NCBI GenBank assembly: GCA_021108335.1
Contig: JAIORC010000146.1
Location: forward strand, 1-52,593
DNA from: Phycisphaerae bacterium
GTDB taxonomy: Bacteria; Planctomycetota; Phycisphaerae; SM23-33
Length of the DNA: 52,593 nt
Reading direction: 5' to 3'
Part shown: positions 35,619 through 43,965 of the stretch, piece after piece
How the letters are laid out: each line of letters begins with the position of its first letter
Position numbering within the stretch: the stretch's first letter is position 1
The notes under the pieces: model-generated
Seen by the model: only the letters and a program-made list of their open reading frames with translations
Databases searched by the model: none
Told to the model about the DNA's origin: nothing
Translations under genes and position numbers: made by a program

Positions 35619-38225
35619 TTACTCGATAATCTGCGGGGTGTATTCGTCGCCTACGTCCTGGCCTTGGAGGTTTTTGATTCTCGGCTGGGGGTTGGCGTTT
35701 TCGTGATTCATCAGGTCGAGTTCGAGCTTTTTCTGGGTTTCCTCGTCGAGGCCTTTCCAGGCAGCCCTTCCGCGACACTTGGGGTAACGGCTGCAGCTTA
35801 ACCACGGGCCACGCTTCGAACGCCGGAGGTTCATCGTTTTGGAGTCGCACTTGTTGCAGTCCATCTCTATTCCCAGCGGCGGGGCGGACGGATGCTTCAC
35901 GAAGCCCTTGTTGTCGATATTCACCACGCCCTTGCAATCCGGGTAGTCGGCACAACTGAGGAAAGGCCCGAATCGCCCCTTTCGCAGATTCATCGCCTTG
36001 CCGCACAGCGGGCAGGCGATGTCGGTGTGCTGCTCAGCCATCGGCTTGCCGTCGCGGTCGATGGGCATCGCCTTCTTGCATTCGGGATACTTCGTGCAGC
36101 TGAGGAACTTGCCGTTCTTGCCGAAGCGATATTCCATCGGCGCCCCGCAGTCCGGGCATTCGTACTCGCTGGGCCGAGTCTCTGCCTTGGCGTGAACCAT
36201 GTTTTCGCCAGCCTGTTCGAGCTGCGTCTTGAAAGGCCCGTAGAAATCCCGCAGCACGGCAATCCAGTCGTGTTTCGCTTCCTCGACCAGGTCCAGCTCG
36301 TCTTCCATGTGCGCGGTAAAGCGAATCTCGAAGAGTTTCGGGAAACCCTCCAGCAGTTTCTGGGTAACGACAGTTCCCAGGTCGGTCGGCCTGAAGTTGC
36401 GCTGCTGCCGCTCGACGTATTTGCGATCCTGGATGGTCTGGATGATTGCGGCGTAGGTACTGGGGCGCCCGATGTTGTCGGCTTCGAGGGCCTTGACCAG
36501 CGACGCTTCGGTGAATCGCGGCGGCGGCTGGGTGAAGTGCTGTCTCGGGTCGATGCTGACCGGGCCGACGGGCTTGCCTTCCTGAAGTTCCGGGAGAAGC
36601 TGGTCGCCCTCGTGATGGCTGATGCCCATCACCCGCAGATAGCCGTCGAAGCCCAGCGTCCTGCCGATCGCGCGGAATGTCGCCTTGCCGGCGGTGGTCT
36701 CGGCGACGATATCGGCTTCGGTTACTTTCCAGACAGCCGGCGACATCTGGCAGGAAACGAACCGCTGCCATATCAACGTATAAAGTTTATGCTGCTCCGG
36801 CGTGAGGCAGTTTTGCAGGTCGTCCGGGTGTCGGCGGCAATCGGTGGGACGGATAGCCTCGTGGGCTTCCTGCGCCCGGTCGCTGGAGGAGTAGATATTG
36901 GGCTTTTCCGGCACATACGCCGGGCCGTAATCTTTACCGATCATTTCACGGACGCTAGCCACCGCCTCCCGCGAAAGGTTACGGCTGTCGGTACGCATGT
37001 AAGTAATCAACCCGACCTGCTCCTCGCCGGGAATATTAATGCCCTCGTAAAGCTGCTGGGCGATCCGCATGATATTGCGGGCGGTAAACCGCAACTGGGA
37101 GCTGGCGGTCTGCTGCAGCGTGGCGGTGGTAAATGGAGCGTATGGCTTGCGCTTGGTATCGCGGTGGTTCAGGCTGTCCACGACCAGCTCCGGGCCTTCG
37201 TCGCCGACGTGCGAGACGACGGTCAGCCGATTGGCAGCGGGGCCTTTGGCCTTGACGGTTTCGCGGACTTCGTCGTCCACCACCACACCCAGCGCCTTGG
37301 CTACCGCCAGGGCTGCGTCGGCGTCGCCGACTTTGAATCGCTTGCCGTCTACCTTGGCTAGCTCGGCGATAAACGCGCCGTGCTCAGCCAGCCATGCGTG
37401 TTGCCGGGCCTTGGTCGGGCCGTGGTCTTTTTCGTCCCGCTGTGCGAGGAATTCCCGCCACTTCGCCGACAGGTCGGCAGTGCGGGACACGTCGGCTGTG
37501 AATACGCCGTCGATCCGCCAGAATTCTTCGGGCATGAATGCGTCGATCTCGGCTTCCCTGTCGACGATCAGTCGAACCGCCACGGATTGGACGCGACCGG
37601 CTGAAAGCCCGCCGGCGACCTTCTTCCACAACAGCGGGCTCACCTGGTAGCCGACGATGCGGTCGAGAATCCGCCGGGCCTGCTGGGCATTAACCATATC
37701 CATGTCGATCTTACGCGGATTGTCGAAGGCTGCCTTGATTGCGCTCTTGGTAATCTCGTTGAAAATCACCCGCTGCGTTCTTTCGGGGTCCAGCTTCAGC
37801 CCCTCGGCCAGGTGCCACGCGATAGCCTCGCCCTCGCGGTCAAGGTCGGTCGCCAGGAACACCAGCGGGGCGTCCTTGGCGTACTTGCGAAGCTCGGTGA
37901 GGGTCTTTTTGCCGCGGGGCAGCGGCTCGTAGGTGGGGGCAAAGTTGTGTTCGATATCCACGCCAGGCACGGGAGCCTTGACGCCCTTTGGGTTGCGGCT
38001 GGGCAGGTCGCGAACGTGGCCCATTGAGGCCTTGACGATAAAATCCGGCCCGAGATACTTGTTGATGGTCTTGGCCTTGGCGGGGGATTCGACGATGACG
38101 AGCATTTTGCCCGCACCGGCGGCGGCTGGGGACTTTTTACCCGCACCAGCAGCGGCCGGGGACTTTGCCCTGGAAGTTTTCTTCTTCGCCGTCTTCTTCA
38201 CCGTCTTTTTCGCTGCCTTTGCCAT
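35619..38225 (-). CDS. topA: DNA topoisomerase I
   Basis: LVIVESPAKAKTI, ATDLDREGEAI, SAGRVQS, LITYMRTDS, AHEAIRPT, IGRPSTYA, three C-terminal Zn ribbons. Confidence 0.97.
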   Translation of the reverse strand: MAKAAKKTVKKTAKKKTSRAKSPAAAGAGKKSPAAAGAGKMLVIVESPAKAKTINKYLGPDFIVKASMGHVRDLPSRNPKGVKAPVPGVDIEHNFAPTYEPLPRGKKTLTELRKYAKDAPLVFLATDLDREGEAIAWHLAEGLKLDPERTQRVIFNEITKSAIKAAFDNPRKIDMDMVNAQQARRILDRIVGYQVSPLLWKKVAGGLSAGRVQSVAVRLIVDREAEIDAFMPEEFWRIDGVFTADVSRTADLSAKWREFLAQRDEKDHGPTKARQHAWLAEHGAFIAELAKVDGKRFKVGDADAALAVAKALGVVVDDEVRETVKAKGPAANRLTVVSHVGDEGPELVVDSLNHRDTKRKPYAPFTTATLQQTASSQLRFTARNIMRIAQQLYEGINIPGEEQVGLITYMRTDSRNLSREAVASVREMIGKDYGPAYVPEKPNIYSSSDRAQEAHEAIRPTDCRRHPDDLQNCLTPEQHKLYTLIWQRFVSCQMSPAVWKVTEADIVAETTAGKATFRAIGRTLGFDGYLRVMGISHHEGDQLLPELQEGKPVGPVSIDPRQHFTQPPPRFTEASLVKALEADNIGRPSTYAAIIQTIQDRKYVERQQRNFRPTDLGTVVTQKLLEGFPKLFEIRFTAHMEDELDLVEEAKHDWIAVLRDFYGPFKTQLEQAGENMVHAKAETRPSEYECPDCGAPMEYRFGKNGKFLSCTKYPECKKAMPIDRDGKPMAEQHTDIACPLCGKAMNLRKGRFGPFLSCADYPDCKGVVNIDNKGFVKHPSAPPLGIEMDCNKCDSKTMNLRRSKRGPWLSCSRYPKCRGRAAWKGLDEETQKKLELDLMNHENANPQPRIKNLQGQDVGDEYTPQIIE

Positions 38226-38520
38226 CGGGCTCCTTCAAAACAAGTTACATAATATGCCGTATCGGAGACATGGGGGCTTCATTCTTGCTATTTTTTCAAT
38301 ATGTCAAGGAGAAAGTATTTTGCGGGGGCAATTAGGCGGCACATAAGTACTGGCCTATAAAGGAGATATAAAAATATCGATTTTTTTATTTTTTCGCGGA
38401 GAAAACCGCGCGTTGGGGACAAGCTTATGTTCGCAGAGCGTTAGTGATTGCCTACAAAGGAGTTATGTTAATATTGGCCTTGGGGAGAGTTTGGGGAAAT
38501 GTCGGCGATTTTTGGGGCGA

Positions 38521-39396
38521 TTACCGTTTTTCAGCCTTTATTTCCCGGTTTTTTGGCACTGGCGACTGTTTAGGGGGAGCGGCTTTTTTTTGCGACTCGA
38601 TGACCTTGTTCATCATTTTTCGGGAGATGACGATTTTCTTGACGTAGATTGCATCTTTGAGCGTCTGGCCGACCTTGCCTTTGACGCGTTCGTGGAGTAC
38701 GAAAGGCCCGTGGGTTTTGGCGGTGGTTTCGACCCAGACGGGCTGGCCTTTGATAACTCCGGTGATATACGAACCGTCGATGAGGTGGAGCTTCCAGCGG
38801 AACCGGCGGAAGGGATACTTTTTGCCGGTGTAGACCTTTTCCGGTTCGCCCATTGCCTTCCACCGCCACGCCAATTCCATTTTTTCCTCATCGACCACGG
38901 CGGTGATGCTCAGGACAGCCAGCGGCTTAATGCGTCGCCAGCGTTTTTCGCCCGCGACCCAGACGATCCAGGGTTTGTCGGGCGTGGTGTAAACCCCGCC
39001 GGGCAGTTGTTTTCCGTCGGAAAGCTCGATAACGCCGGGCAAAGCGTCGTCTCGCAGGAAACCAGATGGACTTTTGAACGGGGACGTGCCGGCCTGGGGC
39101 TTTTCGGAGGATTTTTGGGAGGATTTTTGGGAGGATTCGGATTCCGTCTTCTCCGCCTGCTTCAGCCAGTAATCCAAGTCGCTTGGGGGGGCAGCCTTGG
39201 GGGGCTTGTCCGCCTTCTCCGTGGATTCAGCGGCGGGTTTTGCCTTCCGGGCTGATTCGTCGGTGGATTTTTGGGTGGATTCAGCGGCGGCGGAGTTCGG
39301 GGCGGCGGAATCAGCAGGCCTGTCCGCAGCCATAGCCAAGCCGGCGACGACCAGGATTAAAACCAAAATGCCGTCGATTCTTTTCATCACTCTCAC
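38521..39396 (-). CDS. Hypothetical secreted protein
   Basis: Signal peptide (LILVVAGLAMA^AD), low-complexity linker, Trp-rich beta domain; start may be ATG 39387. Confidence 0.75.
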   Translation of the reverse strand: MRVMKRIDGILVLILVVAGLAMAADRPADSAAPNSAAAESTQKSTDESARKAKPAAESTEKADKPPKAAPPSDLDYWLKQAEKTESESSQKSSQKSSEKPQAGTSPFKSPSGFLRDDALPGVIELSDGKQLPGGVYTTPDKPWIVWVAGEKRWRRIKPLAVLSITAVVDEEKMELAWRWKAMGEPEKVYTGKKYPFRRFRWKLHLIDGSYITGVIKGQPVWVETTAKTHGPFVLHERVKGKVGQTLKDAIYVKKIVISRKMMNKVIESQKKAAPPKQSPVPKNREIKAEKR

Positions 39397-39421
39397 CTAT
39401 CCGAGAACAAACGCCAAGCGT

Positions 39422-39474
39422 CATGCTTCTGCTTGCAGAAGCATGTACGGACTCCATCCCCCATGGGGCCACCC
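39422..39474. repeat. REP-like cluster (D-variant + E)
   Basis: CATGCTTCTGCTTGCAGAAGCATG identical to 8309-8332; CATCCCCCATGGGGCCACCC. Confidence 0.75.
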
Positions 39475-39527
39475 ACGGCGGCAATCATGCTATAAACCCA
39501 GCCCGGCAATATTGTTCGGACTGACTG

Positions 39528-39809
39528 CTAGCTATGGGTTTCCGGGTGCTTTTTTGTACCGATCGCAACCGCCAGGCCAAGCGACGCTATGCCCGGGAAG
39601 AAGCTGTTGACGCACTTGAGCAGGGTTTCCAGTTGGAGATCGGCTTTTTTCTTGCCGATTTCATCCTCCGGCGTCTCGCTGTCTTCCAGTGTTTGGGCGG
39701 CAGTTTTATATTCCGCGATGTTTTGGTTTATGCCGAATCCACCGCCAATCAAGGCTGCCAGGGAAAAAAGCAGGAGAACGATCATCAAAAGACCACCTAT
39801 TAATTGCAT
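39528..39809 (-). CDS. Hypothetical small membrane protein (2 hydrophobic segments)
   Basis: [10 protein letters not shown] before the ATG; N-terminal TM, charged loop, C-terminal hydrophobic segment. Confidence 0.6.
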   Translation of the reverse strand: MQLIGGLLMIVLLLFSLAALIGGGFGINQNIAEYKTAAQTLEDSETPEDEIGKKKADLQLETLLKCVNSFFPGIASLGLAVAIGTKKHPETHS

Positions 39810-39907
39810 TTCAAAACTCCTTTCAGAAATAAAGGCATCAATACTTTTTCAGACTTCTTTATGATATCGAATGACAGGCGAAATGGAATTGTTTACTATG
39901 GGGAATT

Positions 39908-42010
39908 ATGGGATTTCTTTACGGTGCAATTTTGTGGGCATGCGCGGCGGCGGCTGGCCCTGTGATTATTCATCTGCTGATGAAGCCACGCCCTCGGAAA
40001 ATCACACTGCCGACGCTGCGATTCGTAAAGAAGTCTCACAAGGCGAACGTTTCCCGATTGAAGCTCAAGCACATTATCCTGCTGGCGATGCGGATGGCGG
40101 CGATTGTGCTGTTGGCGATACTGCTGGCTGAGCCGTTGGGCCGCGGTTTCCGTTCGTCCTTCATGCCTTCCGAGCCGGTGGCGATGGTGGTCGTCGTGGA
40201 CGACAGCGCGTCGATGAACTATCGCCTGCAGGGCAGAACGGTGGGGCAGCACGGGCGGCGGGTCGCCGCGGAAATCATACGGCAACTGCCTGCCGGCTCG
40301 CGAGTTGCGGTTATCGGTACGCAAAACCCCGCCGAGAGTGCCGGCTTTATGACTGAACCCGACTTGGCCGGACGGACGATTGTCGACGTTCCGACGACCT
40401 ATGGCGCCAAGCCGCTTGGCCAGGCGATGAGACGGGCGGCGGAGATGCTCCAGAAGATAAACCTGCCGCGAAAGGAAATCCTCGTCGTTACCGACATGAC
40501 GGCGGTCGGCTGGCAGGATGCCTCCGCCGTTGACGAGGCGGTGAGCTATACAGCCATAGACTGCAACCCGCAGCCCGGCGGCAACGTGGCAATCGGCGAA
40601 GTGCTGCCGGACTCGCCAGCCGTGCCGCTGGGGACAGAGGCTATCCTGCAAACCACGCTGAGTTGCACCGGTGCCGGCGGCGAGGTGAATCTCCGGGTCG
40701 ATCTCGACGGTGCAGCCACGGACAATCTGAACCTGAAACTTCAGCCAGGCGAGGTACGCTCGCTCCGCATTCCCGTCAGGCCCGGCAGGGAGGGGATAGT
40801 ATGCGGCAAAATCCAACTGCTCCACACCGACGGGCTGGCTGACGACAACGTGCGATATTTCACCCTGCACGTAGGCCCGCCGGCGGAGATACTGTTCGTA
40901 GCCGGGCCTGGCGCGAAAGACGACCTGACCAGCTTCCTGATGGCCAGTGCCATCGTGCCGCCCGGCCCGGCCTCGTCCGGCGGGCTGAAGGGTAAAACCA
41001 TCGAGCCGCAGCACCTTTGTGCCGAGACCCTGGCGAAAACGCCGCTGGTCGTGCTTGGCAGCATCGCCGCGCTGCGAGAGAACCAGTGGAAACAGTTGGA
41101 CTCCTACGTCCGCAAAGGCGGGCGGCTGTGGGTGGTTGCCGGGGCGGGAATGTCCGCCGAGGCGTACAACACCGCCGCCGCCCAGCAAATTTTCCCCGTG
41201 AAACTTCGAGGCCAGCAGCAACTGCCCAAGCCGCTGGGCTTTGGGAGCATTGATACGTCAAGGCCGTTGTTTGCGCCGTTCAAGACCGACAAGAACCCGC
41301 CGCTGTCTGATATCCGTTTCTACCGGCGGATGGGAGTCGAGTCGGTCGCCCCCGACGCAGAGATAACCGTCCGGTTTGCCGATAAGGTTCCTGCAATTGT
41401 TACCCGCAAGGCCGACGCGGGCGAGGTGGTGTTCTGGAATTTTTCGCCGACGCGGAGCTGGTCAAACCTGGGGCGGCTGGCTGGGCAGTTTGTGGTTCTG
41501 GCTGGGCAAACGTGCGAATTGCTGCTGCTCAGCGACCGGGCGCCAACACAGTTTATCTGCGGCCACGAGGTGGAGTTGGCGTTTCCGCCGGGGCAAAACA
41601 ACCCATCGGTGCGTATTGCCCGCCCGGGCGACGGGGAGTATCAGCCGTTGCCGACCCGCGGTTATCTGCCCGGAAAAATGCGGCTGGTCGCCGACCGCCT
41701 GGGACATTATTCCGTTGCCTTTGCCATCGGCAACAGCACGCGGCGGCGGGGTTTCAGCGTGAACGTCTCGACTACCGAGAGCGATTTTCGGCCTGTCGGG
41801 AAGGATCGACTGGCGGCGATTTTCCCGCGAGAGGGCCTGAGGATTGTTACCGATACCGCCGATTGGCAAAGGGCGTCCGCGATGGCATCCCAGCCGCTCG
41901 ACCTCCTGCCGGCAGCGCTGCTGGTTCTGCTGGCGATGCTGATCGGCGAGTCGTTCTTCGCCAACCGGTTCTATAAAACACAAAATAAAACTACCACGGA
42001 TATTTCATGA
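39908..42010 (+). CDS. BatA N-terminal + vWA domain membrane protein
   Basis: GPVIIHLLMKPRPRKITLPTLRFV...LLAMRM (BatA), MIDAS-like VVVDDSASM, TDM, DNVRYF, C-terminal ESD...TM with IGESFFANRFY. Confidence 0.88.
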   Translation: MGFLYGAILWACAAAAGPVIIHLLMKPRPRKITLPTLRFVKKSHKANVSRLKLKHIILLAMRMAAIVLLAILLAEPLGRGFRSSFMPSEPVAMVVVVDDSASMNYRLQGRTVGQHGRRVAAEIIRQLPAGSRVAVIGTQNPAESAGFMTEPDLAGRTIVDVPTTYGAKPLGQAMRRAAEMLQKINLPRKEILVVTDMTAVGWQDASAVDEAVSYTAIDCNPQPGGNVAIGEVLPDSPAVPLGTEAILQTTLSCTGAGGEVNLRVDLDGAATDNLNLKLQPGEVRSLRIPVRPGREGIVCGKIQLLHTDGLADDNVRYFTLHVGPPAEILFVAGPGAKDDLTSFLMASAIVPPGPASSGGLKGKTIEPQHLCAETLAKTPLVVLGSIAALRENQWKQLDSYVRKGGRLWVVAGAGMSAEAYNTAAAQQIFPVKLRGQQQLPKPLGFGSIDTSRPLFAPFKTDKNPPLSDIRFYRRMGVESVAPDAEITVRFADKVPAIVTRKADAGEVVFWNFSPTRSWSNLGRLAGQFVVLAGQTCELLLLSDRAPTQFICGHEVELAFPPGQNNPSVRIARPGDGEYQPLPTRGYLPGKMRLVADRLGHYSVAFAIGNSTRRRGFSVNVSTTESDFRPVGKDRLAAIFPREGLRIVTDTADWQRASAMASQPLDLLPAALLVLLAMLIGESFFANRFYKTQNKTTTDIS

Positions 42011-42085
42011 CACCAGAATGTAGGGCCGGTGGTTCTGTCGAAGACTGGTTCACCCGCGTGTGAGCTACAGCCTGAAATTCTTAAA

Positions 42086-43411
42086 TTACCGCCGTCGCCG
42101 CCGAAGGGCAAACGGCAGCCCAAGCAGCAACAGGCTCATCGTCGCCGGCTCGGGAATGATCGACAGGTTGTCCATTAAAGAAGCAGCGTAGGTGGTGTCG
42201 GTTATATTGTTAGTGAACACAAGCGTATCCAGGTCGCCTGCTGCACCGTAGAAGCTGTAATCATCGGCTTCCAGTACATAACCGCTTCCGCTATCAATAT
42301 AGAGGTCATACGTACTCATAGAGTTATCCACTACTATCTTGACTCCATACACCGTATCTGAGGAGAAAGAATCCATTACAGTAACACTAGTTGCACCATC
42401 CCATGCTCGAACACGTGGAGCAGGACTAGTGCCACCGTCGAAAAGTACTCTCACACCCTCGGTGCCATCTCTGCCACCATCGAGCAACTGAATATAGGAG
42501 TCCCCGGCAGCACTCGCTGTCTTGACATCACACGTAACCAAGACATCGGTCGTCTCGACAAACCTCAGTTCGGCCCTGCCCGTATCTGCAGGGCTGCCAC
42601 CTCTCGCTACACTAAGCGACATACCGTCAATGCCGCTTGCCACGGTGGTGCAGCTTCCACTATAGACATTCCAGCCGCCTTTGTCCTGAATCGAACCGGC
42701 GGCGGTGAAACCATCGATGGTTCCAAACCCGGTCTCGCGAACAGTGTTCCATATTCTCATGTCATCCACAACGCCCCGGTCGGCAGTATCGTTACAGAAC
42801 AGCCGGAGGCGGTTTATCTGGCCGGTGTTATACCGGAAGCTAAAGTTAGTGGCTACCCGCTCGCCGTCGAGGTAGACATTGTACTTATCCGTTGCGTAGT
42901 TCGCCTCCACCCTGATAGTGTACACAGTATCGGCAAGAAGACCGGTCTTGATATCCGTGCTACTGCTGCCGTTGTACGCCGTGAGTTTGCAGCCGTCTCC
43001 AGCTGCGTTTTCTGTGAGGCTCACGGTCGTCCCCCTGTCGCCGCTACCGCCGCCATCCATGAAGTAGGAAGCGAGGGACGAGTTAGGATCGGTGCTACTG
43101 CAAAGCTTCTTGGCTTTGTACTCGACGGTAACAACACCATAGCTGGCGGTGGTGAAGCCCTGATAGCAACTGCCGTCGCCGCCGGCCTGCATCATCTCAA
43201 GCGACAGCGTGCCGCTGATGACATTGGTGTCTTCAGTTTCGCAGCTTCCACTCTCCAGCGTCCAGCCATCTATACCGTTAACCGAGGTATTGTCACTGAA
43301 GCCGTCGGAGGGTTCAAATCCGGTATCATAGATGAGGGATGCACTCGCCGATGTGACAACCAGGCCTACAAAAGCCGCCAACGTTAAAATTGTCATTAAC
43401 CGTTTCATCAT
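42086..43411 (-). CDS. PEP-CTERM surface protein with two tandem beta-sandwich domains
   Basis: Signal peptide ending SASA^S; C-terminus IPEPATMSLLLLGLPFALRRRRR; AAGGAG RBS. Confidence 0.93.
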   Translation of the reverse strand: MMKRLMTILTLAAFVGLVVTSASASLIYDTGFEPSDGFSDNTSVNGIDGWTLESGSCETEDTNVISGTLSLEMMQAGGDGSCYQGFTTASYGVVTVEYKAKKLCSSTDPNSSLASYFMDGGGSGDRGTTVSLTENAAGDGCKLTAYNGSSSTDIKTGLLADTVYTIRVEANYATDKYNVYLDGERVATNFSFRYNTGQINRLRLFCNDTADRGVVDDMRIWNTVRETGFGTIDGFTAAGSIQDKGGWNVYSGSCTTVASGIDGMSLSVARGGSPADTGRAELRFVETTDVLVTCDVKTASAAGDSYIQLLDGGRDGTEGVRVLFDGGTSPAPRVRAWDGATSVTVMDSFSSDTVYGVKIVVDNSMSTYDLYIDSGSGYVLEADDYSFYGAAGDLDTLVFTNNITDTTYAASLMDNLSIIPEPATMSLLLLGLPFALRRRRR

Positions 43412-43890
43412 TTTTCTCCTTTTGTTTTCAATTTGCCGTTTTCGCCCTGCCGGTCAACTCCTCAGGTCGCAGCGGAATTCCCCATCGGCAACGATATCGA
43501 TCATGTTTGAGAAGCTGCTGGAACAGCGGGCTGCTGCCAATCAATCCGGCCTTGCTGTCACCTTGTGTGGCAACTTGCGGCCTGTTATCCTTACATACGG
43601 ACATATATCCTCCCGCATACACCAACTGCGCAACACTCTGTTGAGCAAAGAGCAATATTGCACGACTATGTTTGACCTGACAGACAAACATCTGCTGCCT
43701 CCAGTCGTCGTTATTTGAGCACAGAAATGGGATTCCCGAGCAAGGAACCACACAACAATATGATAAACCGATTTCGGGAATTCGACAAGTGAAAAATCAC
43801 TTCAAAACCATTGATAATGTCCCTAAAACATGGAAATTACGCAGCTTGTTGCATAATGGGGAATTACGGAAAAATTCGCCGTAGAATTGC

Positions 43891-43930
43891 TATGAGGCTG
43901 CCGGACTTAGTACAGTCCGACAGCCTCATA
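43891..43930 (-). terminator. Long hairpin downstream of pnp (terminator or stabilizer)
   Basis: TATGAGGCTG-c-CGGACT / AGTCCG-a-CAGCCTCATA; the U-tract is weak. Confidence 0.55.
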
Positions 43931-43965
43931 ATCTTACTTTTCAGCCTACTTTTCAGCGGTTGGTT

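Noticed and set aside
43332-43753. Short ORFs upstream of the PEP-CTERM gene
   Set aside because: No convincing RBS, atypical composition, mutually overlapping on both strands.
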